Shown here: piece by piece, positions 1-9,084 of the stretch
Layout of the letters: each line of letters begins with the position of its first letter
Position numbering within the stretch: position 1 is the stretch's first letter
Notes under the pieces: generated by a model
Database searches by the model: none
What the model saw: only the letters and a program-made list of their open reading frames with translations
What the model was told of the DNA's origin: nothing
DNA from: a bacterium
Lineage (GTDB): Bacteria > Patescibacteriota > Minisyncoccia > UBA6257 > Colwellbacteraceae
Direction of reading: 5' to 3'
Assembly: GCA_021787205.1 (NCBI GenBank)
Contig: JAJYME010000004.1
Span: 39,063 to 103,062 of the forward strand
DNA: 64,000 bases
Program-made: the position numbers and the translations under genes

Positions 1-49
1 CAAAATATCGAGAGCCGACGTTGTTGCCGCGGCTGGAAAGGCCGAGACC

Positions 50-853
50 ATGTGGGAAGCGGGTCTGGCTGAAAACGCCTACGAGAACTCGGAAGATGGC
101 ACCGGATTGCCCATAAACTTGATTTACGACGAGAGGCAGGCGGAGACCGATTATTTGAACAAACAATTTACCGATCTCACCGATAAGAAGGTCAAATACG
201 ATTATTTGAGGAGGGAGTATGACTCACTGGTCTCAAATATGAATGCCTCAAAGGACAGCTTTGAAAGTTTAAGGAACCTCTATGAGAGTTTTTTGACAAA
301 ATTCAATATCAAGAAAGCCCAGTTTGAAAAAGATAAGAGGATTTATGATGAAAGAGTAGCTGACTGGAATTCGAGAGGGGTGATAACGGAGGAAGAATAC
401 AAATCTTTGCAAGAAGAGGGAACCAGATTAAGGTCGGTTGCCGCCGACTTGAACGCGGACTTCGAGGATCTCAAGAATATCTACAGCCAGTTGGAGGCGG
501 CGAAGGACAGTTTTAACATGGTGATCGGAAAAGTAAACGCGGTTGCTGAACTGGTCAACAAGACGGCGGAATCCTTGAACGAGCGAGTGGTGGAGTACAA
601 CCATCTTTCCGAAGGAAGAGATGAGTTTGTGACTGGGTATTACAAACAATCGCCGACGGAAAAGCAAATAGACATCTTCCAATTCGGATCGAAGGAGGAG
701 CTGGTCTTGATAATCGCCCACGAGCTTGGGCATGCATTAGGCATGGGGCATGCGACAACATCAGAATCGATAATGTATCCAAAGACAACGGATAAGGTGA
801 AGAGCGCCTCGGCCGAAGACTTGAGGCTTCTGAGAGAGGCTTGCGCCATGTAG
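50..853 (+). CDS. Metzincin-type zinc metalloprotease with a long coiled-coil N-terminal region; the ORF may continue upstream of the window, since the frame is open to position 2
   Basis: The C-terminus carries HELGHALGMGH, which fits HExxHxxGxxH, followed by SIMYP (a Met-turn-like motif). The N-terminal ~200 aa are rich in E/K/L heptad-like sequence. No in-frame stop lies between the window edge and the first ATG. Confidence 0.55.
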   Translation: MWEAGLAENAYENSEDGTGLPINLIYDERQAETDYLNKQFTDLTDKKVKYDYLRREYDSLVSNMNASKDSFESLRNLYESFLTKFNIKKAQFEKDKRIYDERVADWNSRGVITEEEYKSLQEEGTRLRSVAADLNADFEDLKNIYSQLEAAKDSFNMVIGKVNAVAELVNKTAESLNERVVEYNHLSEGRDEFVTGYYKQSPTEKQIDIFQFGSKEELVLIIAHELGHALGMGHATTSESIMYPKTTDKVKSASAEDLRLLREACAM

Positions 854-902
854 AGAAAGACGGTTATCAACCGTCTTTTCGCTTTTGTGAATAAGGCGCC
901 TG

Positions 903-908
903 TGCTAT
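903..908 (+). promoter_or_regulatory. Extended -10 element TGCTATAAT, 14 nt upstream of the pilin-like gene
   Basis: The sequence gtgctataatttt sits immediately upstream of the ATG at 922. Confidence 0.4.
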
Positions 909-921
909 AATTTTCTTAATT

Positions 922-1548
922 ATGAGACTGGCAAAAATCGCCGGACAATCTTTGGTAGAAATCCTGATCGCGGTCGGGGTTTCATCATTGATTATCGGCT
1001 CAGTAGTCACAACATACATCGCTTCGCTTAATTCGAATGCCAATGCGAGAATAAACGCGGTGGCTACTCAGTTGGCTCAGGAGACATATGACAACGTAAA
1101 GGCGATGTCCGAAGCTGATTGGAACAGCGTCTATCTAAAGAGCAAAGCAACCAATTACTATCTCCAGCTTAACGGTGTCGGATCTTTCGATATCATTGCC
1201 GGTACTGAAAATATCGCCGCGGGAGGAACGAATTATACCAGGGCTTTTACTTTGCAAAACGTCTCGAGGAGCTTGGGGGGCGACCTAGTCACCTCAGGAA
1301 TGGGTCCTGACGATCCCTCTACCCAACTAGTCATGGTGACGGTGGGTTGGACAATCGGAGGCAAACCTGGGACCACAACTGTCGGCGGCTATATCTCAAG
1401 AGTAAAAAATACATCTTTGAAGATTACGACCTGGAATGGGGGATCGGGAAGCGAAGGGCCGTTCGTCGGACAGACAAATACTTTCTCGGCATCCTCGAAC
1501 GTCGACTGGAGCACTTTGCCGGGAACTCTGAAAGTTTTAAATTTTTAA
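922..1548 (+). CDS. Type IV pilin-like / pseudopilin protein
   Basis: The N-terminus MRLAKIAGQSLVEILIAVGV fits the prepilin pattern: Gly, then Q/F-S-L-V-E with Glu at +5, then a hydrophobic helix. Confidence 0.55.
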   Translation: MRLAKIAGQSLVEILIAVGVSSLIIGSVVTTYIASLNSNANARINAVATQLAQETYDNVKAMSEADWNSVYLKSKATNYYLQLNGVGSFDIIAGTENIAAGGTNYTRAFTLQNVSRSLGGDLVTSGMGPDDPSTQLVMVTVGWTIGGKPGTTTVGGYISRVKNTSLKITTWNGGSGSEGPFVGQTNTFSASSNVDWSTLPGTLKVLNF

Positions 1549-1561
1549 CAAGACTAACAAG

Positions 1562-2539
1562 ATGCTTTTTGAAAAAAAGAAAACGATATTATCTGCAGCG
1601 ATATGCCTGGTGTTATTCATGTCTGGTTTTATGATTGCCAGGGCGGCGCCCACCTTTCCGGTCAGCTCCACCTATCCGGAATACTACGCCTGGAATGACG
1701 CTATTGGCTGGATCAATTTCCTGGCTTCCGGAACTGTCGATGTGAGGACGGACGGTCTTCAGGGCTATGCCACTTTTGGCGCTGACGCTACGCCTAATTT
1801 TATCTCCCTTAACTGTTCGACCGGTCCGGCAGGATCAAGCTGTTCGCCGGTGAGTTATGGGGTTTCTAATGATGGGCTGGGAAATCTAGCCGGTTGGGCT
1901 TGGTCTGATGCCTTCGGCTGGATAAGCTTCAGTTGCAAAAATCCTGAAACCGGAGGAACGGCGCCCGATTACAGCTGCACACAGTCCAACTACGGCGTAA
2001 AAATAGATGTTAATGGCAATTTTTCAGGATATGCCTGGAATGATGTCGTCGGCTGGATAAGCTTCAATTGCAACCAATCTACGGGAAACAGCTGCGCAAC
2101 GGTAAATTACAAATTGAAGAGCGCCTGGCTCGCCGGTCCGGCATCCGGGGATTTGATTTCGGGGACGTTCGATACCCAGACGACTACCGGAGTCGCTTTC
2201 AATTACATCCTTTGGAGAGGAAGCCTGAATAATGGAAAGGTTTCTTTCCAATTTGCGACCTCGAACTGCGCCAATGGAGCAACGGACGCGCCAACCTGCG
2301 CGACGAACGTCGGTTGGGGCGGATCGAAAACGAGCGGCGACGGCGCTTTTCTGGGGCCGGGGGGAACCACGGCTAAAACCGATACTTATACAGCGGGACC
2401 AGAAGTTCCGATGCAGATCCAGAACCAGGCTACCCATTACAACAAAAGATATTTCAGATACAGGATTTATGTCGAAACTTCAGCCGACCACTCAGGGACG
2501 GCGGTAGTCGATGACGTAGTCGTAAACTGGTCACCATGA
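1562..2539 (+). CDS. Secreted repeat protein (three AWNDxxGWISF-type repeats), hypothetical
   Basis: A signal-peptide-like N-terminus is followed by the repeated motifs AWNDAIGWINF, AWSDAFGWISFSC and AWNDVVGWISFNC, spaced about 60 aa apart. Confidence 0.5.
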   Translation: MLFEKKKTILSAAICLVLFMSGFMIARAAPTFPVSSTYPEYYAWNDAIGWINFLASGTVDVRTDGLQGYATFGADATPNFISLNCSTGPAGSSCSPVSYGVSNDGLGNLAGWAWSDAFGWISFSCKNPETGGTAPDYSCTQSNYGVKIDVNGNFSGYAWNDVVGWISFNCNQSTGNSCATVNYKLKSAWLAGPASGDLISGTFDTQTTTGVAFNYILWRGSLNNGKVSFQFATSNCANGATDAPTCATNVGWGGSKTSGDGAFLGPGGTTAKTDTYTAGPEVPMQIQNQATHYNKRYFRYRIYVETSADHSGTAVVDDVVVNWSP

Positions 2540-2602
2540 ACAAAGGCATCTCCATCGGAGATGCCTTTGCATATTTTGTGAAATTATGAGTTATGTTATA
2601 AT

Positions 2603-3061
2603 TTGATCAGATTGAGAAGGGGAGATATCAAAAATATAAAAGGCATAGCGGCGTTGCCGGTAATCCTTCTGATTTCGGCAATCGTCATCGAGCTTGTGGT
2701 GGCGGGAGCCTTTTTAGCTTTTTCTTTTTCAACCGGCAGCTTCGGAACCCAACTTTCCGCAGAAGCGTTCTTCGGAGCCAGAGCGGGGGCGGATGATGCG
2801 ATGTACCGGATCATAAAAGGCAATTACTCGCCATCTTATAATTTTAACTTGCAGATAGGAACCAGGACTGTGACTTCGACGATAACAGTCGAACAGGATC
2901 CGGTAGACTTAGGTTCATGTTCGGTCAGCTGGGGATGCCATTATAGAATCAGATCGACCGGAAAGTCCTTCATCAGAGAAAGGAAAGTCGAGCTGATACT
3001 ATCCGTCAATCCAACGACCAGGGAAATAAAAAAAGAATCTTTTAGAGAAATAGAACTATGA
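2603..3061 (+). CDS. Membrane-anchored hypothetical protein in the pilus-like cluster; TTG start as in the ORF track, true start uncertain
   Basis: A hydrophobic N-terminal segment AALPVILLISAIVIELVVAGAFLAF is present, but it is not a canonical prepilin motif. A TGTTATAAT element lies just upstream (2589-2596). Confidence 0.35.
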   Translation: MIRLRRGDIKNIKGIAALPVILLISAIVIELVVAGAFLAFSFSTGSFGTQLSAEAFFGARAGADDAMYRIIKGNYSPSYNFNLQIGTRTVTSTITVEQDPVDLGSCSVSWGCHYRIRSTGKSFIRERKVELILSVNPTTREIKKESFREIEL

Positions 3062-4638
3062 AACTTTTTGAAAAAAAAGAAAAAAATCCAGGGGAGACCA
3101 ACCCCAAGATCAGTCTTGATGGTGTCAATCCGACTGCGATAAGCAAAACACTCAACCAGCTTTTTAAGACTGTCTTTCCCATTTCCTTACCGGGAGGACT
3201 GTCTGTCTCCGATTCTGGGTTCTATTACTCCCTTTTTGATGAGAACGGGAAGTTGGTCAGGGGCATAGCCCTAAAGACTCCGACGGGGGCCGTCGAGAAG
3301 GGCAGGATAAAGAACAACCAAGCCGTCGTTTCGGTTCTTAAGGAATTGGGAAGGATGGCGGGGATAGAATTTGGAAAAACTTCAGTAATATTATCCATCC
3401 CGGACAACCTGGTTTACTCCCAAGTAATGACCATTCCCGAGACCGCGGAAGCGGACTTAAAGGAAACGATAGAGCTGAATATAAAGACCATCTCGCCGAT
3501 GGATCTTACGAAAGCTTACTATGATTACGAAATCATAGGTCAGGCTGATACCGGTTTCGGGAAAGATATCCTGGTCTCATTCATCCAATCGGAGATGTCT
3601 GATGAATGGTCCCACGCTCTTAAAGAAGCCGGATTTGTTCCAGTGGCGGTCGAATTCAGCAGCTTCTCCTTAGCGAGAATGGCTGAGGGAATCGTCAAAC
3701 CGGACGAACTGGCGATGGTAATAGACATTTCGGTCGGAGGAATAAGCCAGATAGTTCTTAAGAACAGGAAAATGGCTTTTGACTATCTCGTTCCCTGGAC
3801 AACGATACAAGGAGCCGAAGAGAGAATCTCTTTTGACAGGATGAAGGAGGCTTTGTTTTCGGAAATAAACAAGGTTATTAATTTTTCCATCGGCAAATTC
3901 GGAGGAGAAATAAAAACCCTCATATTAAATTCGGCGGGAATGGTGGACGAGCTTCTGGCTGCTTTGAGCAGCGCCTTCCCGAAGCTTAAAATAATCAGAC
4001 TCGATCTTCCTGGTGGAAAAACGGCGGATTTTGCCGTTTCTATCGGGGCGGCTAAGAGAGGGGTCATCCCGAGGTCAAAGGACGAGATGATAGCTTTGAA
4101 CTCAGTAGTTGTCATAAAAGAGTTTGAAGAAATAAGAATGCTTTTAGCCATGCAATATTGGAGAAGGTTCGCCTTGGCGATGATGTCTTTCATATTGCTT
4201 ACGATAAGCGCCGGGGACTTGTTGGTAAATAAGTTCTTGTACATACCGGAACCGCCGGTAGATGTTTCTCAGACGGAGACGGTTGAATATAATAGGCTCA
4301 AAGCAAAGGCGGCTGAATTCAACTCACTTGTTTCTTCTATCTATTCCATCCGTTCCGAAGAGAACAAGATTACTGATTTCATTAATATGCTTAATGCGAC
4401 TTCGGGATCAGACATCCGTCTCACGAAGATCGCCTATCAGGGTCCAACCCAACCGGTGGTGATAAACGGGGTCGCCCCTTCCACCTCGGTGGTAAGCAAC
4501 TTCCAAACGCAGTTATCCAAAGTGAGCGGCATTTCAAACATTGATTTCCCGTTGGCGTCGGTCCAAGTCCTGCCATCGGGGGAGACGAGTTTCATCATGT
4601 CTTTCTCAGCGGTATTGGAAACATTCAACGCAAAATAA
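3058..4638 (+). CDS. PilM-like (actin-like ATPase fold) fused to a PilN-like transmembrane/coiled-coil segment
   Basis: The N-terminal 350 aa resemble PilM: a central TM helix AMQYWRRFALAMMSFILLTISAG is followed by a PilN-like C-terminal region. It overlaps the upstream gene by ATGA. Confidence 0.5.
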   Translation: MKLFEKKEKNPGETNPKISLDGVNPTAISKTLNQLFKTVFPISLPGGLSVSDSGFYYSLFDENGKLVRGIALKTPTGAVEKGRIKNNQAVVSVLKELGRMAGIEFGKTSVILSIPDNLVYSQVMTIPETAEADLKETIELNIKTISPMDLTKAYYDYEIIGQADTGFGKDILVSFIQSEMSDEWSHALKEAGFVPVAVEFSSFSLARMAEGIVKPDELAMVIDISVGGISQIVLKNRKMAFDYLVPWTTIQGAEERISFDRMKEALFSEINKVINFSIGKFGGEIKTLILNSAGMVDELLAALSSAFPKLKIIRLDLPGGKTADFAVSIGAAKRGVIPRSKDEMIALNSVVVIKEFEEIRMLLAMQYWRRFALAMMSFILLTISAGDLLVNKFLYIPEPPVDVSQTETVEYNRLKAKAAEFNSLVSSIYSIRSEENKITDFINMLNATSGSDIRLTKIAYQGPTQPVVINGVAPSTSVVSNFQTQLSKVSGISNIDFPLASVQVLPSGETSFIMSFSAVLETFNAK

Positions 4639-4675
4639 AGATCGGCGTCATTCAGACGCCGATCTTTATTTAATT
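4638..4675. terminator. Bidirectional rho-independent terminator between convergent genes
   Basis: A 13-bp stem AAAGATCGGCGTC / GACGCCGATCTTT is flanked by A and T runs. Confidence 0.6.
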
Positions 4676-5217
4676 TCTTTCCCGATCTGATCGATGACCC
4701 CCGATATCTTTTCCAGATCGTCTTTCGCTATCTTATCAAGGACGAAGTCTCCGGCTTTCAGCCTTTTCTCATTGCGAATGGCTGATTGCCCTCTGACACC
4801 TATTTTGATTCTTCTGAAATCATCGGAGCCAAGATGTTCGATGATTGACTTGATACCATTATGGCCACCCGAGGAGCCGCTCTTTGACGATTTCCATTTG
4901 CCGGCTTCTATGTCGGAATCATCGTGAATGACAATGAGATTTTCGATTCCGGCGTCAAAGTAATCGAGAGCCGATCTGACTGGATTCCCGGATTCGTTCA
5001 TAAAAGTTTCGGGAATGATAAAGATGATACTTCCCGCTTTAAGATATTTGAAGGGTTTTTTGCTTGGGGCGATAAAATCATCAAGTTTGGCGCCGGCGAT
5101 CCTAAAGACAGCGAGCCTGCCGACGTTGTGATAAGTGTTTTCATACTGGGTTCCGGGATTGCCCAGTCCGACTACGATTTTTACATCATCCTGCTTGCTT
5201 ATCTGAGAAGTAATCAT
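4666..5217 (-). CDS. pth: Peptidyl-tRNA hydrolase
   Basis: VVGLGNPGTQYENTYHNVGRLAV is the classic Pth N-terminal signature; the length is 183 aa. Confidence 0.85.
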   Translation of the reverse strand: MITSQISKQDDVKIVVGLGNPGTQYENTYHNVGRLAVFRIAGAKLDDFIAPSKKPFKYLKAGSIIFIIPETFMNESGNPVRSALDYFDAGIENLIVIHDDSDIEAGKWKSSKSGSSGGHNGIKSIIEHLGSDDFRRIKIGVRGQSAIRNEKRLKAGDFVLDKIAKDDLEKISGVIDQIGKEIK

Positions 5218-5260
5218 TACTATATAGATTAATACAAATAAATTTAATTTAGCAACTTAT

Positions 5261-5800
5261 ATGAATAAAAAGTTAAAGTCGGCTCTTATAGAAGTCGTCA
5301 GCATCATAGGAGTCGTATTTGTCCCTTTTATTATAATCCATCAGTTTGTCGCCAGACCTTTCTTGGTATCCGGAGCCAGCATGGAGCCTAATTTCAAGAA
5401 CGGAAATTATCTGATAGTCGACCTGGTTTCCTATCATTTGGGAGGATTAAAGGCGGGAGATGTGGTGATTTTCAAATATCCCGGAGATCTTTCCACCTAT
5501 TACATCAAGAGAGTCATCGCCTTGCCCGGAGATACGGTCAAGTTTTCCGGAGGGAAGACTTACGTCAACGGCAAAGAGCTCGATGAGGAATATTTGCCCA
5601 AAACGACTGACACTGAGTCGGTAAAGCGGGAGTTTGTTCTCCAAAAGGATGAATACTTTGTCATGGGAGACAACAGGGGCGCGAGTTATGACTCGAGGAG
5701 CTGGGGTCCGCTGCCAAAGGAAGATGTCATAGGGATAGTAAAGGTGAGAGTCTGGCCGCCGTTTGAAATATACAGAAATATAAACGATAATAAACAGTAA
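5261..5800 (+). CDS. lepB: Signal peptidase I
   Basis: The GASMEPNF (Ser box), VMGDNRGASYDSRSWGP and KRVIALPGD motifs are present. Confidence 0.85.
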   Translation: MNKKLKSALIEVVSIIGVVFVPFIIIHQFVARPFLVSGASMEPNFKNGNYLIVDLVSYHLGGLKAGDVVIFKYPGDLSTYYIKRVIALPGDTVKFSGGKTYVNGKELDEEYLPKTTDTESVKREFVLQKDEYFVMGDNRGASYDSRSWGPLPKEDVIGIVKVRVWPPFEIYRNINDNKQ

Positions 5801-5809
5801 AATAAAGAT

Positions 5810-7150
5810 ATGGAAAACAACGCGAGCAAAAACCAGGAGAAGGAAGCGGTGAAAAGCTCTCCGCTTCAAGCTCCAAAAGGGATGAGGGATATTTTACCTG
5901 AAGATTCGATTTATTGGGATAAGATATTCGAGATTGCCAAAGACACGGCTGATTTTTACGGCTTTGGACATATCGATACTCCTATTTTGGAATACACTGA
6001 CCTGTTTTCTCGCGGAGTCGGCAGCGGAACCGATATAGTAGAAAAAGAAATGTACGCCTTCAGGACGAAAGGAGGGGACAACGTCGCCTTAAGGCCTGAA
6101 TTTACCGCTGGCGTGATGAGATCTTTTATTGAGAATGGCATGAGCAGATTTCCCCAGCCAGTAAAGCTTTGGTATTTCGGGCCCACTTTCAGATATGAGA
6201 ATCCGCAAGCCGGGAGATACAGACAGTTTTATCAGATGGGCTTGGAAATCTTGGGAGGGGAGACTGATCCGGTCTATGACGCCCAAGTAATCGTAGCTTC
6301 GATAAGATTGTTCGAGGATTTGAAATTAAAAGACATCATTGTCCAGATTAATAGCATTGGCTGTCACACTTGTCGCGCCCAGTATCGCAAAAAACTCCAG
6401 GATTTTTATAAAAAAGAGATCGAGGCGGCAGAAAGAAGGAGAACGAGGGTTGTCTGCAGAGATTGTGAGAGAAGAGTTGATATAAATGTCTTGAGGCTCT
6501 TGGATTGCAAAGAAGACCTTTGCCAAGACATCAAATCACGCGCCCCAAGCATTCTGGACTCGTTGTGTTCGAATTGCAGGGATCACTTCAAGTCGGTTCT
6601 GGAATTCTTGGATGAAGTCGGGATCAGATATGAACTCAATACCTTCTTGGTGAGGGGATTGGATTATTACAATCGCACCGTCTTTGAATTCGTGGATGCC
6701 AATTATGGAATGGCTCTGGGAGGCGGCGGCCGATATGATTATCTGGCGGAGATCTTGGACAACAAGAGTTCTGTTCCAGCCATCGGTATGGCCTTGGGAA
6801 TCGATCGAATCGCCAATCTTTTGAAAGAAAAACAGATAGGGGTTCCCAATAGGAAAAAAGAAAAAGTTTTCGTCATTCACATCGGCGAAATCGCCAAGAG
6901 GAAGACTTTTGCTCTTATGGAGGAATTGAAGCGAAACCGAATCGCGGCTTCCGAAGCTTTCGGCAAAGATTCGCTTCAAGCGCAAATGAGGGTGGCGGAT
7001 AAGGAAGAAGCCAAGATGGCGCTTATAATCGGCCAAAAGGAAGTCTACGAAGAGGCGACGATCATAAGGGATATGAAAACGGGGATCCAGGAGACTGTTC
7101 CGAATTCAAAACTGATCGAGGAGATCAAGAAGAGACTCCATAAACAATAG
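5810..7150 (+). CDS. hisS: Histidyl-tRNA synthetase
   Basis: KGMRDILPED, FRYENPQAGRYRQFYQ and GGGRYD are class II HisRS motifs. Confidence 0.9.
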   Translation: MENNASKNQEKEAVKSSPLQAPKGMRDILPEDSIYWDKIFEIAKDTADFYGFGHIDTPILEYTDLFSRGVGSGTDIVEKEMYAFRTKGGDNVALRPEFTAGVMRSFIENGMSRFPQPVKLWYFGPTFRYENPQAGRYRQFYQMGLEILGGETDPVYDAQVIVASIRLFEDLKLKDIIVQINSIGCHTCRAQYRKKLQDFYKKEIEAAERRRTRVVCRDCERRVDINVLRLLDCKEDLCQDIKSRAPSILDSLCSNCRDHFKSVLEFLDEVGIRYELNTFLVRGLDYYNRTVFEFVDANYGMALGGGGRYDYLAEILDNKSSVPAIGMALGIDRIANLLKEKQIGVPNRKKEKVFVIHIGEIAKRKTFALMEELKRNRIAASEAFGKDSLQAQMRVADKEEAKMALIIGQKEVYEEATIIRDMKTGIQETVPNSKLIEEIKKRLHKQ

Positions 7151-7179
7151 GTTTTGGCCGGTTACCGGCCCGTTAAATA

Positions 7180-7215
7180 AAAACGGCACATTAGGTGCCG
7201 TTTTTATTTTTTGTT
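7180..7215 (+). terminator. Rho-independent terminator after hisS
   Basis: The stem AAACGGCAC / GTGCCGTTT is followed by TTTATTTTTTG. Confidence 0.6.
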
Positions 7216-7226
7216 ATAATTGGGAC

Positions 7227-7637
7227 ATGGATTGTTTGTTTTGCAAGATAGCCAGCAAGGAAATACCATCCGAGTTGGTTTATGAGGATGAGAACAGTTT
7301 TGCTTTTTTGGATATCGCCCCGATGTCAAAGGGCCACACGGTCGTAATTCCCAAAAAACACGCGGAAAATATGATTGATTTGCCGATGGAGGAGGTAGGT
7401 CCGCTCTTCACCGCGGTCAAAAAAGTAACCGAGTTGCTTCAAGAAAAGCTCTCGCCAAAAGGGTTTACAATTGGCATAAATCATGGTAGAGTTGGAGGGC
7501 AACTTGTAGATCATCTTCATATACACGTTATCCCCCGATATGAGGGAGATGGCGGCGGTTCGCTTCATTCGGTGGTTAAAAATCCGCCAAAAGAAAGCGT
7601 TTCCGAGATAAGAAAGGAGATTGTCGGGTCGAATTAA
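7227..7637 (+). CDS. HIT-family (Hint-like) nucleotide hydrolase
   Basis: The histidine triad HLHIHVIPR is present; a TGTTATAAT element lies 8 nt upstream. Confidence 0.8.
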   Translation: MDCLFCKIASKEIPSELVYEDENSFAFLDIAPMSKGHTVVIPKKHAENMIDLPMEEVGPLFTAVKKVTELLQEKLSPKGFTIGINHGRVGGQLVDHLHIHVIPRYEGDGGGSLHSVVKNPPKESVSEIRKEIVGSN

Positions 7638-7669
7638 CAAATCAACAAGCTTTAATTTAAGAATCATTT

Positions 7670-7885
7670 ATGGCTATTAGCGTCAAAAAGAAGGAAAACG
7701 AATCTGCCGGCTCTTTGATTTTCCGTTTTACAAAGAAGGTCCAGACCAGCGGCGTTCTCTTGGAATCAAAGAAAAGGAGATTCTCAAAGAGAGTTCCCAA
7801 CCTTCGCTCTCGTCATGACTCAGCTCTTCACAGGATTGCGAAGCGCGCCGAGTACGACAAGATGAAAAAAGAAGGAGTCCTTTAA
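7670..7885 (+). CDS. rpsU: Ribosomal protein S21
   Basis: A 71-aa basic protein with an S21-like R/K-rich pattern: FRFTKKV..SGVLLESKKRRFSKR. Confidence 0.7.
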   Translation: MAISVKKKENESAGSLIFRFTKKVQTSGVLLESKKRRFSKRVPNLRSRHDSALHRIAKRAEYDKMKKEGVL

Positions 7886-7995
7886 GCGGAACATTTCCTC
7901 TTTATTCACTTGATGAATAAAGTAATGCATCCGATGGGACAAGGATATGGTCCTGATCCCGTTTTCATTTTTATTTTTAAATTTACTATTAAGTT

Positions 7996-8433
7996 ATGTC
8001 TATTAAAGAACAATTGGACGCTGACTTAAAAACCGCTATGAAAAGCGCCGACTCTTTTAGCGTCGGCGTTTTGCGATTAATAAAGTCCGCTATCCAGAAT
8101 GAAACCATCGCCAAATACGGCACTTCCGGCACCTTGAATGACGCCGAAATGCTTGCCGTGTTGAAGAGGGAGGCGAAGAAGAGAAAAGAATCAATCGAAG
8201 TTTATTCCGCCTCCGGAAGAGAAGATCTCGCCGAAGGAGAAAGGAAGGAGTTGGAATTGCTTTCCAAATATCTCCCCGCTGAAGTTCCCGCTGAGGAAAT
8301 CGAGAAGGTTGTCAAAGAGGTCATTGCCTCCGGGGCGACCGAATTTTCAACCGTAATGAAAGAGGTTATGGCTCGTTTTAACGGAGCCGCCGATGGAAAG
8401 GCAGTCTCTGAAATCGTCAAGAAATCCTTATAA
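7996..8433 (+). CDS. GatB/YqeY domain protein
   Basis: The N-terminal pattern IKEQLDADLKTAMKS...VLRLIKSAIQNE matches the YqeY family. Confidence 0.75.
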   Translation: MSIKEQLDADLKTAMKSADSFSVGVLRLIKSAIQNETIAKYGTSGTLNDAEMLAVLKREAKKRKESIEVYSASGREDLAEGERKELELLSKYLPAEVPAEEIEKVVKEVIASGATEFSTVMKEVMARFNGAADGKAVSEIVKKSL

Positions 8434-8813
8434 TGCAAGATTATAAAAAGACAATCGAAAAGGTCTTGGAGAAAGCGCTCGAATCTTTAGGGATATCGGG
8501 CGCTTCTTTGGAGGTCTATTTGATCGATGATGAGGCAATGCGCCAACTGAACCTCCAAACCAGGGGGAAGGACAATCCGACGAATGTCCTTTCGTTCGAA
8601 TATCCCGATATGCCAAGGCCGGATATTCCGGACTACAAGTATTTGGGAGAAATATATTTGGCGCCTAATTTTATCGATGAGAATAATCAAATGATCGAAC
8701 GGTTGGCGGTCCATGGGCTCTTACATCTTTTGGGATATGACCATATCAAACCTGAAGATGAAAAAATAATGGATCCCATCGAGGATGCCCTGTTTGAAAA
8801 AATGAAAATATAG
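8433..8813 (+). CDS. ybeY: Endoribonuclease YbeY (rRNA maturation)
   Basis: The HGLLHLLGYDH zinc-binding motif is present. Confidence 0.8.
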   Translation: MQDYKKTIEKVLEKALESLGISGASLEVYLIDDEAMRQLNLQTRGKDNPTNVLSFEYPDMPRPDIPDYKYLGEIYLAPNFIDENNQMIERLAVHGLLHLLGYDHIKPEDEKIMDPIEDALFEKMKI

Positions 8814-9084
8814 GATTCCGAAAACCTTATTATCTTAATAAAAAAAGATGACGGTAAAATCTTACAGAAAGAACAAATTGAATTCAAAATACGCCCAAGC
8901 TGACAACAAACCGACAAAGCCCGGCCCCTCGGGAAAAAAGAAGGCAAAAAGGGGGTTGCCGAGCCTGGAATTGCCGATCAAGCCTTAGAAAAGACGAATC
9001 CCGCAGGAATGCGGGATTTTTGCGCTAAAACCTTTCAATAAATGAGGAAAAGTGATATTATGGTGAAAACGAGGCAAAGCACAA

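Noticed and set aside
8853-8993. 46-codon Lys-rich ORF (MTVKSYRKNKLNSKYAQADNKPTKPGPSGKKKAKRGLPSLELPIKP) between ybeY and ftsA
   Set aside because: It is below the size cutoff, has no clear RBS or known family, and overlaps the terminator hairpin at ~8996-9022. It could be real but is unsupported.
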